A DNA stretch of 64,000 nucleotides from Tubulanus polymorphus. Lineage: Eukaryota; Animalia; Nemertea. A model generated the notes under the pieces. That model saw only the letters and a program-made list of their open reading frames with translations, searched no databases and was not told the origin of the DNA. The translations under genes were made by a program, and so were the position numbers. Location of the stretch: positions 9,734,001 to 9,798,000 of the forward strand of contig NC_134031.1 in NCBI RefSeq assembly GCF_964204645.1, in the 5' to 3' direction. The stretch's first letter is position 1, and every line of letters starts with the position of its first letter. Positions 37,729-50,600 of the stretch are shown one piece after another.

Positions 37729-38569
37729 CCGACGAGGAATGATTGCCGACGCCAACCAGCCAAAGAATATTATGATCTCCTGCGTCGTAAATCCGATCCT
37801 AAATTAAGCGACCTGAAGGGTTTTCGGGGATCAGCGTAGAAAAAAAAACAAAAACAAATTGTGAGTACGGGATAAATTGCGTGTTCGGGAGTTTCGATTG
37901 GAATGAAAATATTAAATATATATATCAGCTATACTGAATCGATATAAGCGCCACTCTAGAGTCGGTGGTGCATATTCGTTTGTGAATTGTGTTGTCCCGT
38001 GATAAATCTGTCGTATTGTTGTCACGTGTTGTACTGTGAACGTATTTGTGTGTTGAGTCAGTGGTTAAAATAAAAAAAAAAAAAACATCCGGAAAGGATT
38101 AGTGTTGGTGTTTCGTTTACATTTGGCATGATTGAAGAATTCATACACATTGGAATTGGATTGCCGTCATTTTACCCGTGATATAGTTCAGCTACGGAGA
38201 GTTTGATCTGTAAAAAAAAAACTATCATGGACATTAATTTTCTTTCGTTTCTTGGATTGAAATGATTAAAGAATAGATTTGATAATTCATAGATCTTAGT
38301 GCTGATTCTTAGTATTTGATTACCAAAGATATATTGAATCAATAAGTTGGCGGGTTAGTTAAATCAAAATTTGTTGGTAACTTGAATCATAATGTGTTAT
38401 TAACTACATTTTTTTTTTTTTGGTGGTAGTTCCGTTTTCTTTCTTTTGTTTTCGTATCTTGTGTGTTTGTCTTAATGTTTGTCTGTTGAAAGTGTTTTGT
38501 ATATGTTTATGTGAAATTCGTAATCATCATTAGTGAACGTTATAATTTGTCTGTGATTTCAGAAGTATT

Positions 38570-39963
38570 ATGGCGTTGCATGAGAGTTCTGTCTGGGTCG
38601 GTGGTTTATCTGGGGTTGAGGAACCGTTACAGTTCTGTCGGAATTATTTCCAAGAATGTGGAAAAATTATAGCCACCAGCTTAGGTCACGACGGGGTATT
38701 TTTAATTTTTGAGAGTTCCCGGGCTACGAGACGAGCAGTACGTGCAAACGGGTTGAATGTAAACCATTTGGGTGGCAATTTCACTATTCAGGTAAAAACG
38801 TTAGAGCCCGCCCAAGAGAGGTTTCTTAAGGAATTGAAGGAAAATACAGCCTGTGAGCTAGCATTAGACGATATGGTGAAAACTTTTAGTTCGATGCCCC
38901 CTCGGGTACAGAGTCGCCTAGTAGATAAGCTGGTGACTGAGAGCAAAGGGGCTTCGCCACAAATGAAATATGAACCGGATGGGTTTGGGGCGTCGTATCT
39001 CGAAAATAACAGACATGATCCTTTGATGACCCCCAAACAATCTCAAATACCGTTCTCGGTTGCGGCTGTCCCCCTTCAAAACACGCGTATTGGGCAATTC
39101 TCAGGAAATGATAATAAAGGTGAAATAACCTATGTACAGTGGAAACAAGAGGCTGTAGCTTTAGTTAGAGACGTGACAGTATCTGAAGCTGCTTGTTTGA
39201 GGGCGATGCGGTCTTCGTTACGCGGTAGTGCGCTTCGTGTACTGACAAATTTGTATCACAATGAGGAGATGCTTTCACCCCGGATCGTGCTCAACAAGAT
39301 GGATCTCATGTTCGGAGAGGTTTTGGGTGCCGAGGAAATGCTGGTTAAATTTCACTCAGTTCAGCAACAGGACGGGGAGTCGATAGCTGACTTTGCGTGT
39401 CGCCTGGAGGAAGTCGCTTCCAAAGTAAAATCAGCAGGGGAAGGGGATGTTAAATTACCGAGGATATGTTAAAAGGGCAATTTTGGCGAGGTATTACATC
39501 CACATCGCTAAAAATGGCCATACGTTTGTATAAAGAAAAAGAATTTACCTTCCAGAAAATTGTAACTATGGCTCGAAAGGTGGAGAGTGAGAATGGAATG
39601 GAAACGACTCGGGAGGAAAGGTGGTCACCCAGACGGAAGGGGAGACCAATTTCACATCAAGCAAATACTCACGTAACTTTGAAAGTAACAGAAAAGGATG
39701 ATCTTTCGGAGAAGCTGAGGGTTATGCTAGATAAGTTAACTCGGATGGAACGTGAAATGAACGACCATCGAAAACAATTAGAGCAGCTGACCTGGAAGCC
39801 TGGTCGGTGGCGCAGTGGACCACGGGATAGGCCACCAGTACCGTTGGAAGAGCGAATCTGCTATAATTGTGGAGAAAAGGGGCATTTAAGATACACCTGT
39901 CCTAAGCAGGGAAACGAATACAAGCCTGTCAGTGGAGGCGCTGCACAGGCGAAAAAACCATAA
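38570..39963 (+). pseudogene. gag: Gag (RRM-like N-terminus, PNMA-like capsid, CCHC knuckle), one frameshift near 39465
   Basis: FSG..YVQW..SLRGSAL, QQQDGESIADF, CYNCGEKGHLRYTC. Confidence 0.9.
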
Positions 39964-39972
39964 GTAGCCTCA
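39909..39972 (+). promoter_or_regulatory. -1 ribosomal frameshift signal (G GGA AAC plus stem/pseudoknot)
   Basis: Heptamer in gag frame; -1 frame open into the protease; stem GCCTGT/ACAGGC 8 nt downstream. Confidence 0.8.
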
Positions 39973-39980
39973 CTCAGCAA

Positions 39981-40605
39981 TTGATAGGGGCACCCAATGA
40001 GCATTTGATTACAGTAAATGGGGTCCCATGCAAAGCTCTATTAGACTCGGGGTCAATGGTTTCCACTGTATCGCGGAAATTTCTTCAAGATAATGTTTCG
40101 CCTGTACCGGTGGTTCCTATTTCAGATTTAATCCCTTCTTTACAGGTGAAAACTGTCTCCGGGGAAAATTTACCATTTGAAGGGTATACTGAATTGGATG
40201 TAGAAATTGATGGAGAGAGTATAGCAATTTTAGCTCTCGTAGTCCCTCCCACAGAATATCATGACAATGTGCCGGCATTAATTGGGACCAATGTTTTACG
40301 ACGTTTGCGGAACCAGTATTTGTATAGGGACAAAGGCTCTAATCCTTTGGTTCGAACCACGCAATCCTCTTTTGTTCCGCCCAATTCAGAAGTGACTCTT
40401 CATGGAATCGTCCGTAATTCAGCGATGGATAGTCTCGTGATGTCAGATGCCACCGATGTGAGGGTTCCAGGGAGCCTGACTATCATTCCTACCGTCGCCA
40501 ATCTTTCCGAGACTCGATGTTGCCGCGTAGCGATCAGAGTGCGGAATTCAAGCAGCAAGGGAGTAACGATTCCAAGTAAGTCTCAGTTGTGTCGGTTAAT
40601 TTGTG
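39981..40605 (+). pseudogene. pol: Pol 5' part: aspartic protease
   Basis: ALLDSGSMVS, LIGTNVL; cut by the DNA transposon. Confidence 0.92.
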
Positions 40606-41223
40606 CAGGGAAGTGTGATGAGATGGAATACGGACGCTATTGTGCAGCTCTTGTCGAATGTGCGTTGTAATTGCCCTAAAGCCGATAACGGTTCGTCGGC
40701 GAGCGCTTTGTTACGTAACGCGCCGATAAGCGATAACCAGCGAGATCGGGAATCTCCGTAATAATTCAGTTGTTTCCGAATATCGGTTTTTCATCCCATA
40801 ATAAACTTATATAAAGATTCCTCTGTAAACTGGTTAAACTCAACACCTGATTTCCCCTCATCAATTTTAGTCGATCAACTTGTATTCACAATTGTCTTAA
40901 ATTTAAGTGCCCCCTAGTTTGTCTCTTAACTGCTTCTCTTTAATCTGTTTTAGCGTGTAACTGTTTCTACGTTAATTTTCCTTTAGTTAGTATCATCTCT
41001 GATTACTTGAATTAGTCTCTTTGTCTCTGGATTGTATATATCTCTCATAATTTCTGTAGTATTCATTATTTCTGAAGATGACTATTAGGACATAGACGAA
41101 ACGTTGAATAAACTACTAACATTTTTGGACTTTTTCGTTATCATTGTGGGATTCTCTCTACATCGCTTCAGACGGATATAGTGTTTTATCAATCGTGATA
41201 TCGGTTCTTTCCGCTGTATTAAA

Positions 41224-41900
41224 ATGGCAACGGTTGTCAACGAAATTATAAATGATGAGGATTTTGACGATCTATTCTTTGATAGTGACGAATTGGTTCA
41301 GATCCATACGGAAATATTACGGGAATCCTCTGGATCAGGATCAACTAATTCGGCCGATTCTAGTGAGTGTTATTCCTTTTGAATCAATGAAATATCGGAA
41401 TAGTTTCTACCTAATTGCAGGCACTTTATTCTTTCCTTTTCTTTTTCATATAGGTACTTCTCAGGCTCAGCTGACCAGAGACTGCGATCTGAACACGAGA
41501 AAACACACATACAGGTATTTCTTACATTTATTTTTATAATCAATACAATCCTTTTAGGTTATAAAATAATAAACGAATACAGAAAATAATATATAAAGAT
41601 AATATAAAAAATCCAGATAAGTACATGTTAAAATAATAATCATTATTATTATTTTCGCAGGAACACTATATATTTGGAAAAGGCTATGACTGAAGTGATT
41701 AACCATCGAGTATTTAAATTCAGTTCAAATGGAATGGCAGCAGTACATAATGGAAAATCGATCGATAAAATTTTGACTACAAATACGTCGCCGTCCAGAC
41801 TTGGAATTAACCAGTGGTTTACAAAAATTCAAGATACATTATGTTCCGCCATTCACATAAGCACTGCGAAAGATTTGGATAAAATGTGGGCAAAGTTTCA
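41224..41900 (+). pseudogene. Three-exon truncated gene inside the transposon
   Basis: Exons 41224-41362, 41454-41514 and 41661 onward join in frame via GT-AG introns (MATVVNEII...DKMWAKFH). Confidence 0.6.
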
Positions 41901-42134
41901 TGTTGTGATAGTCACAGGGACAGTTTTTTTAACGTTTTTGTTCTTACGCCATTTTTGTAATTTGACACGACACATATTACAGATATATATCGGGTACTGT
42001 TCAGTATCATCATCAAAATCAATGTTGAACAACTCCTTCACATGGCTTTTGAAATTATTTTTATCGATAGGACGACGATCCGGAGGTTTCGCATTTTTTC
42101 CACACAATCGACAAAGATCCATGACTAAAAACAA
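41898..42134 (-). pseudogene. N-terminal Cys4 zinc domain of a probable transposase (RAG1 N-terminal/Chapa-like)
   Basis: LCRLCG...LFNIDFDDDTEQYPIYICNMC. Confidence 0.6.
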
Positions 42135-42833
42135 GAAAAGGTTAATTAAATGAGATTGCTGATGCTATTTAGGCAGCTTGGTTTATATGGGGGACAATAA
42201 TTTGTAGGCCTAATGTAAGCGTTATTAAGTAACATTATTATGTAGTAAATACACATTTTAAAGATCATACTTCGTGTATATGTTTGTGTCGTAACATAGC
42301 AACATGACGTCAGAAACGAAAGCTGCGCGAGTCTGGGCCGAAATATTTGATATCTTCAAGGCCCAAATAACGCTAAACCCGGAATCGGAACGAACTGGCA
42401 AAAACATATGTTTAACACATAAAAACAGACTTTAATCACAATATAAATACTTAATGTTCCGATTCCGGGTTTCGGAGATATAGAAGAATAAAAATACATA
42501 CCTTTTTGGACAAATTTTACGAGAAATTGTTGAATTTCAACCGATTTTCTAAAGAAAAATATGTGTATACACAGCCACTTCCACGTGGTTCAATGAACTG
42601 CAGTGCGCATGCGTAGTATCGATCGCAGAACATTTATCGGGCTAAAACTATTGCGGGTTGTTCTGCGACCGAATCAAAGTTGATGTTGACTGGTGTTCAG
42701 CTGGTAACACACACTCGATAAGCGTAGCTTACTGCTGTTGCGGTAACCTTTGATGTACGGGCTGAATTGAATAGCCTACATCCGGCAATTAAAAGCGTCC
42801 GTATTCCATCTCATCACACTTCCCTGATTTGTG

Positions 42834-45800
42834 TAAATGAAGTCGCAAACTGTGCTACTATTCCAGATGCAAGTGGGGTCAACGAAAAAAGCATCGATGA
42901 AGTCTCAGATGATGAGTTTCTAAAGAGTATCGATCTCACGGGTGTTCAAACGGAAGAGGAGGAAGGAATGCTCCGTGAACTTTTACTCAAATGGAAGAGG
43001 GTTTTTGCTGTCAAGGACTTGGATCTAGGGACGACTCAGGTTTACGAACATCGGATTCGTCTCACGGACGACACACCTATAAACCAGAGATATCGGCGTA
43101 TACCACCTGGAATGGTGAATGAAGTGCGGGAACATATCCGTTTAATGTTGCAGGCAGGGGTAATTCGCCACTCGGTTAGTCCATACTCAAGTCCGGTAGT
43201 TTTGGTCCGTAAAAAGAATGGGGAACTCCGTTTCTGCATCGACTACCGTGAACTTAATAAAAAGACCATACCCGATCGATACAGCCTGCCTCGTATCGAC
43301 GAAGTATTGAACAACCTCGCGGAATGCGATCATTTCACTGTGATCGACTTAAAATCGGGGTATTGGCAGCTTAAGATGGCCGAAAGAGATCGCGAAAAAA
43401 CGGCTTTCAATGCAGGACCAGGATTTGGATTCTACGAGTTCGAAAAAATGCCGTTCGGGCTTACCGGCGCGCCTGCATCGTTTCAACGGCTTATGGAACG
43501 AGTCCTTGGGGAATTAAATCTACGGACGTGTATTGTCTATATGGATGATATAATTGTATTCTCCAAAGGAGCGAAACAACACATCGAAAGGTTGGAGGAG
43601 GTATTCGCTTGCTTGGAGAGAGCTGGTTTGAAAGCTAAACCCTCTAAATGTGTCTTCATGAGACCCGAGGTTCTTTATTTGGGACACAAGATATCGAGTA
43701 GGGGGATAGAGACAGACCCTTCCAAGATTAGCACGATTCGCGAATGGAAACGACCGGAGACCGTGAGGGAAGTGCGGTCTTTTCTAGGATTCGCAGGGTA
43801 CTATCGGAGATTTGTACCTGATTTCTCTCGGAGTGCAAAACCTCTCACGGATCATTTGAAAGGAATCCCAAAGGATTGCGGTCGAAATAAAAAACTCGAC
43901 GAACGACTCGTATGGGGTGATAAAGAAGAGGCAGCATTCAATTCATTAAAAGAATCGTTGATGAATCCTCCTGTTTTAGGCTTCGCAGACTACTCACGTC
44001 CTTTCATACTTCGCACGGACGCTTCAACAACGGGTCTCGGAGCCGTTCTTTATCAAGAACAGAACGGTGAGCGCCGGGTTATCGGTTTCGCGAGTCGGTC
44101 TCTCAAGGAATCTGAGACACGATACCCGATACATAAGTTGGAGTTTCTCGCCCTCAAATGGGCCGTAACCGATGTGTTCCATGATTATTTATACGGGCAT
44201 TTCTGCACCGTGGAGACCGACAATAATCCTCTGACCCATGTTCTGCGAGCTGCGAAATTAGATGCCGTCAGTCACCGTTGGCTGCAGGCACTGTCGGTGT
44301 ACCAATTAGACATCGTCTATAAGCCAGGGAAGAGCATGAAAGATGCTGACATTCTTAGTCGTCGTGTGGAGGCTGAGGTAGTCCAAGCATTCTGCGCTTC
44401 AGCTCATGCAGAGTCCATCCCTCCGTTGAGGGATGACACAGGTATTGTATTTCCCGAAGGCGATCCCGTGACCTTGCAGAATTCTGACTCAGTACTCAGG
44501 AAAATAAAAACCTGCTTAGAGGAGAAAGTTAGATTCGTCCCTATGAATAGAGAGGAGCAGAAATATGTGAAGTATATGTCGTCACTAGCGTTAGAGGATG
44601 GGGTCATCGTGCGAAGGAAACAAGTCGACGGAAAGGAAGTGACTCAAGTGCTGATGCCACCAGATAAGAGGGATGAGATATTATTTCATGCGCACGATGC
44701 GCTCGGTCATATCGGTCGTGATAAAGTTTGGGGAATAATTAATTCCCGTTTCTTATGGCCTGGGATGTTTGCCGACGTCGAAAGATATCTGAAAGGTTGT
44801 CGCCGCTGCGCTGTGAATAAAAGTCAAGAACACCGTGCGCCTCTAGAGTCAATATTAACGACGGAACCCTTAGAAATGCTATGTATGGATTTTCTGAAGC
44901 TAGAGCCGGCATGTGGATTTGAAAATCTGCTGGTGCTCACTGACCATTTTTCGAAATTTTCAGTTGTGGTGGCCACGAAAAACCAACTAGCTAAAACGAC
45001 TGCCAAAGCTATTTACGACAATTTCATTTTGAGATATGGCATACCAATGAAATTACATAGCGATCAAGGACGAAATTTCGAAAGCCAGATAGTGAGAGAA
45101 TTGTGTCAGCTGCTTAAGATTGAAAAAAACCGCACGACCCCGTACCACCCTCAAGGGAACGGGTGTGTAGAGAAAATGAACGGAACTCTATTACGACGCT
45201 TGGCTTTACTTGAGCCACTTCAGAAAACCAAGTGGAAGGACTCTCTGCAGACGGTCGTTTGGCAGTACAACTGCACCCCGCATGCCACGACAGGGTTCTC
45301 GCCGTATCAGTTACTCTTTGGTAGAGAGCCTCGTTTACCTCTGGACAGCATTTTCGGAGTTGATAAATTGAGGTGTCGCACAAAGTTTGGAGAGCAGATA
45401 CAAGAGGAAATCGCCCATGCGTGGAAGACTGCTCGACAACGAATGGAGAGTGCTGCTGACAGGTCGGGATGGTATTACGACGCGAAGATTAGGGGTGGAG
45501 TCCTTCAACTCCAGGACTTGGTTTTGGTTAAAAACGTCGGTCCCTCATCGCAAGGTAAATTATCAGATCGCTGGTTGGATGAGGAATTCGTAGTTGTAGC
45601 CCGTCCAGATGATGATTTTCCTGTCTACACCGTCGAGAGTATGAAGACCGGGAAACGAAGAACTCTTCATCGCAATATGTTATATCCCCTGGCTTATCCC
45701 CTCCGAAAGACTATGGCATATGAAGAATCGGAGAAAGGCAAGAGGATTGGTCAGTCAGGTAAACGCAAGATCAGCGTTGGGTTTGGACAGGATTCGGATC

Positions 45801-46216
45801 GGTCGGATTCCGATGAGTCTTTCGATGGGATTGAGGAGATGGACCTTTTGGTAACTGTACCTGATGAAAAAGCAGAGACAATAGTCGTGGAGGCCGATGT
45901 GCCTATTCAACCAGAACAGTACCGGACTGAGATCGCGGAATCAGCGATGGACGTTCCTGTGGATGACGGCGTAGGAGCAGACAACTCTTCTAATGACGGA
46001 GTTGAAGAACAGCCGCCTCGTCGATCGACTCGATTACGTCAAGTACCTGCTCGTTTTGCGAACAGTGATTTTGTGTTATCAGGTGGAACGGTGAAGGAGA
46101 AAGTTCCAGATTGGCAGAGACGAGTCGAGTCCCTTATGGAAGTGGCTAGGGATAGCGCAATTACGTCGAATCCTTTACTTCTCTCGTCACTGATAAATTT
46201 GATTCAAAATGGTTGA
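42834..46216 (+). CDS. pol: Pol 3' part: RT, RNase H, integrase (open frame)
   Basis: MPFGL, YMDD, TDAS, TDNNPL, H..H..CRRC, MDF..HSDQG..EKMN. Confidence 0.97.
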
Positions 46217-46627
46217 TAACTAATAAAGAAATAAGGGTTTTAATGCACACGTTGTTATATGTTGAAGTTGTTTTATTCTAGATGTTTATCTCTTTAGTGA
46301 ATGATCTGAAAGAGATGAGAATTTCGTTAATGGAACGTTCGTCTTTTTTAAAAAAAAAAGGAAAAAAGCGGAGGGGCTTGTTGAAAAAATGACCATGTCT
46401 TTTGATGCGTGCTCAAGGCTTCATTCGTCTAGGGTAAAAATGTTGGAAATTTACTAATATGGGATGAATTGAAATTATCTCGTTTGGCGGATAAAGATTC
46501 GTTAAGGATGGGTCTTGTATATTGATTTTTGACTCTCATGCAGTGCTTCGGGTGTTAATTTAGTGCAGTTTCATATTGACAGGGTCTGGAAACTTGTTTT
46601 TCTTGTTTTTCGAAAGTAAGGTGAGAG

Positions 46628-47433
46628 TGTGATAGAGTGAAAATTATTGACTGTAAGCTGGCGCCCCTCTATGGGTGTTCGTGGAATCACGGTTGACTTC
46701 CTGGAGGTGTTGTCAGTCTTTAGAATTCTGCCATATAGGCAGGATATTCTGTGATTTTGGAATAAAGTTTCTTGTACATATACAACGAAAACTTTATCTT
46801 ATTTAGGTAAGTTTGTCTTACGTAGATATAATATTATGCTGTTTTTATAGGCCTTGTCATTGAAATTAGATGTGTTATATGGAATTGTTGAAATTCCTTT
46901 ATGAAATCAAATTTCCCGCCATTTTTGTATGCTAATTAACTAGGTTAGAAAGTGGTCTTATCTTCGGTCTTCTATCAGAATATCGTAATGTAAATATTTA
47001 ATGTTTGAAAATTGAGATATAAATTGGTCGAAAAAGCTGATTATTAAGTGTGATATATATAATATGTAAGTTACTCTATTGTTTTGTGGATAATTTAATG
47101 AAGATGTTGGGAGATATCGTTCTCCTTGGGTGGAGATAATATGTATATAAATTAATAGATATTGAGATGTGGTCAGTCTTTAGAATTCTGCCATATAGGC
47201 AGGATATTCTGTGATTTTGGAATAAAGTTTCTTGTACATATACAACGAAAACTTTATCTTATTTAGTCCGCAGTTCCTGGAGAGAAGAAACGGCTGGTCA
47301 ATCGCCCCGACAGTTGGTGGTTGTGATATGGTAGCAGTTCCCCCGTCAAACTAGTCCTGAAATCTTGGTTGCGGAGTGGGAGTCTCCACGAAATATCTTC
47401 GCCCAACGATCTGGAGGATCCCGCTCTGTGACA
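46628..47433 (+). repeat. 3' LTR (806 bp) with internal 95-bp direct repeats
   Basis: Preceded by purine tract GAAAGTAAGGTGAGAG; repeats at 46712-46806 and 47172-47266. Confidence 0.95.
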
Positions 47434-47649
47434 ATTGTAAATTATTTAAACATAGATATTATAATTCCATTTGATGAATTAACAAACAAAAAGAAACAGA
47501 GAGCGAGATGAAATGTGGTACAAGATAGAACTTTATTTAAATGAGAAAAATGAAATGGAAGAAGAACCTAAACAAATTATACAAGAACAATTAAATGAAA
47601 ATGAAGAAGCCAATAGTGATTTCGAGTATGATGATATTGATTTTATGTT

Positions 47650-50600
47650 TTAATGGCCATAAGGTAATGTTTTTATACCATCATCTAAAATATGCCTTTT
47701 ATCATCAAATGGATTTAAACTAGTTTTTTCAACTTCATTAATGTACATCTCGTGATCTTCTGATCTTAAACAATTCATTTTGTGTTTCATTACAATTGAG
47801 TTATATAAACACTTTATATAATCTTGAAATTCTATATGTTTATCAACCACATGTTTTGTTATTCCTTTTAACTTTCTAGCTTCATGATCTTTTGTTCTAT
47901 AACTATACATTTTACTTCTTATCCCAACAAATTCAATCATTTCATCACCCCCTAATTCATCTTTAAACTTACCAGGAATCTTTTTATTATCATTGCTAAA
48001 TAGTTCATGATCTTTGGGATAATTGCTAAAATCAAAATGATGTTTTAATGTTTTTAAGTCTTTTGTTATATCATTTGTCTTGTGATCAGTGATTTTTAGT
48101 ATGTAGGCGTCCGTATTTTTGGCTATTAATGGAAATCCACAGTTAAATGTACCATCTTCAGTTGATAAATCATAAACATAGTCAGTTGGGTTATATATTT
48201 CAAATAAATCTTTAACTTCTTCTGTTAATTCTTTTTCTACATGCCTTAAATTAAAACAATTTGGTTTAGATTTAATTAATTCTATATTCATATTAAATCC
48301 TAATGAACTGCATAATATATTTAATCCTGATATAGCAACTTTTCCTTTTTGAGCTAAAGATATTGTTTTGAAACTTTTTGAACCATCTGCTGCATAGAAT
48401 CCAATGAAGAACCATTTTCTTAAATTATCTCTTGCATTTAATACATAATCTGGAACTATCTTTTCTTTTGTTGAAGTATTACTTTTCACTATTGCATGAA
48501 TATAGAATTCATCATTATATTTTGTAGCAAAATCTTTAGGATTATTTACAAATATTCTATAAACCGCGGATGATTTCATATGATCCATGATTCTAAATGT
48601 TTTATGTGAATAAACTTCTTCGCAGAATTTCTTTATTCTTTCTAATAATTTCAAATCTTGATTGCGTAAATACCAACGATATTGAGTGCGATTAACATAC
48701 ACCAACACCAACAACAACAACATCATTTATACACACCTGCTGAACCATCTCCCATGAAAAATCTTTTGATAAAATATTCTTTTTCTTCTAATGTTTCAGG
48801 TTCTATGTTATAAATATTATCAATTATTTCATCAAATGACATATGATTCATTCTTTGGAAAAATCTTTTATGTAATAATTCATCTCCAATTTTTATATCA
48901 GTTGGTTTTATTTCATCACCATTTCGTTTAATTAAACTATGATCTTCTGTAACATCTAAAAACCCTAATTTAGTTCTAACTCTATAGATTTTCTTATTTG
49001 TTTTATGCCTAATAATATTCTTTAATTTTTTCCATCCATTTCTTGTCCAAACATCCATTAATCCATTTATTTGTATTAATTCTTTTTCACCATATGAAAT
49101 ATAACATTCATTTTGTTTTGGAATTATTTCTGAAATTCTTCTTATCAATATTTTATCATTACATTTTAATAATATTGGGGTATCAGCTGTTACAGAATCA
49201 AAATATAATATTTCAATATGCTTTTCCCCAAAAAGTGGTTGTAAAAAATTATAAAAAAAATCATACATTAATAATTTTGATACTTCTAAAACAGTTGAAC
49301 CAATGAATATAGGTTTATTAAATTTCATTGACGTTCTTTTTAATTTAACTGCTGTTAAATAATCTTCAAATCTTTTATTTCCTAAATGTCTAGGACTTGA
49401 TTGTAAATGTCTTAATCTTTCAGAATTATTTACTAATTCAATATCATTTCTATTTCTAATATTTTCACATGTTTTACCATAAAAACTATTATTCATTAAT
49501 TTGAAGAAATCTTTTTCAAAATCTGTTTTTGATATTGCTCTCTGTTGAGTATTAAAATCTATATATTTTTCTAACCACTTCGATTGATTAAATTCACTTT
49601 CTTTAATATCATTCCTTGTTTTAGATAAAATTTTAACATTCTATAATGAACAATATAATTGTATCTATTATTTGAGTAAGTATTAATTTTTCTGTAAAAA
49701 CATGATCTTTCGGTTTTATTTTTTTCTGGTATTCACTTAAATAACTATCATCTGCGGTTAAATGTTCTGGGCAATAAGGTAAGTTTCTTGTTTTAAACTT
49801 TATATTTTCAGGATATTCTAAATCAACTACAAAGAAATAACCAATTGGTGCTTCATCTTCTAAACTCATAATTGCACTTTCCCAATTAGTTTTATCATCA
49901 TTTTCAACTTCTGTTAATATAAATTTTTATATGGTTGAGGTTGCATCATTGCCCAACCATATAAATTATTGGCGTCAATATATAATAATTTATATTCATC
50001 ATTTGCTTTAAAATACCTATCTCCCATAACACCACTAATTCCACCTCTTATTGATTTTTCAAATAATAAAACCATGTCTGGTTCTTTTAATAAATCTAAT
50101 TCTACATTTGTATATTTTAAACCACATTGCCAGGTTAAACCAGGACTAGAGTAGCAATAACAAGGATTAACATTAAAATGATTCAAATTAACTTCTCTAA
50201 ATTTTTCAAATATGTCAGCCAATATCATAACATCTGATTTTAAATATAAATCAACTAATTCGCCATGATTTTTCATCTTAAAATGGTTCCAAATATTTAA
50301 TGTTCTATTAAACACTTCGTCTTTCACATACTCCTCTTTTAATTGATCATAAAATTGATCTTTTAATAATTCTGTTACATTAAAATCATTGTGTTTTATA
50401 AAATGAATATGGAATTGCGCCTTTATATCTCAATAATTTAAAATCTTGGTCATGTGGATAATAATATCGAGTTATAACAAAATCATTATCAACTAAACTT
50501 TTTGATAAATTATCTAATGAACTTGCTAGAAATCTATAAGAATCTAAAAATCTAATGCAACCAAATTGAAATGAAATATAATTTTCAGATGTTTTAGCTA

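Larger units (their letters stand above)
40606..42826. mobile_element. Non-autonomous TIR DNA transposon, probably P-superfamily-like
   Basis: Perfect 33-bp TIR CAGGGAAGTGTGATGAGATGGAATACGGACGCT; 7-bp TSD ATTTGTG; removal restores pol (CRLIC-VNEV). Confidence 0.9.
37363..47433 (+). mobile_element. Ty3/Gypsy LTR retrotransposon, full length
   Basis: TG..CA LTRs, TSD ATTG (37359-37362, 47434-47437), PBS, PPT, gag and PR-RT-RH-IN order. Confidence 0.97.

Noticed and set aside
40606-42826. ProtoRAG/Transib element
   Set aside because: Ends are CAGGG with a 7-bp TSD, not CAC with a 5-bp TSD; no RAG1 core or RAG2 seen.
43042-45593. Short ORFs overlapping pol (also 21255-21659, 27133-27408, 38788-39036, 49043-49306)
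   Set aside because: Antisense or alternate-frame shadows of real genes.
48723-48726. Naturally split intein or coupled ATGA stop-start between ORFs 48723-49496 and 47650-48726
   Set aside because: Removing a 26-nt low-complexity insert restores YKYVN, which the second copy has; it is a lesion.
48115-49196. Hedgehog-type or bacterial intein-like Hint domain
   Set aside because: In-frame position within motif C, Asn-Thr junction and LAGLIDADG motifs indicate a true intein.
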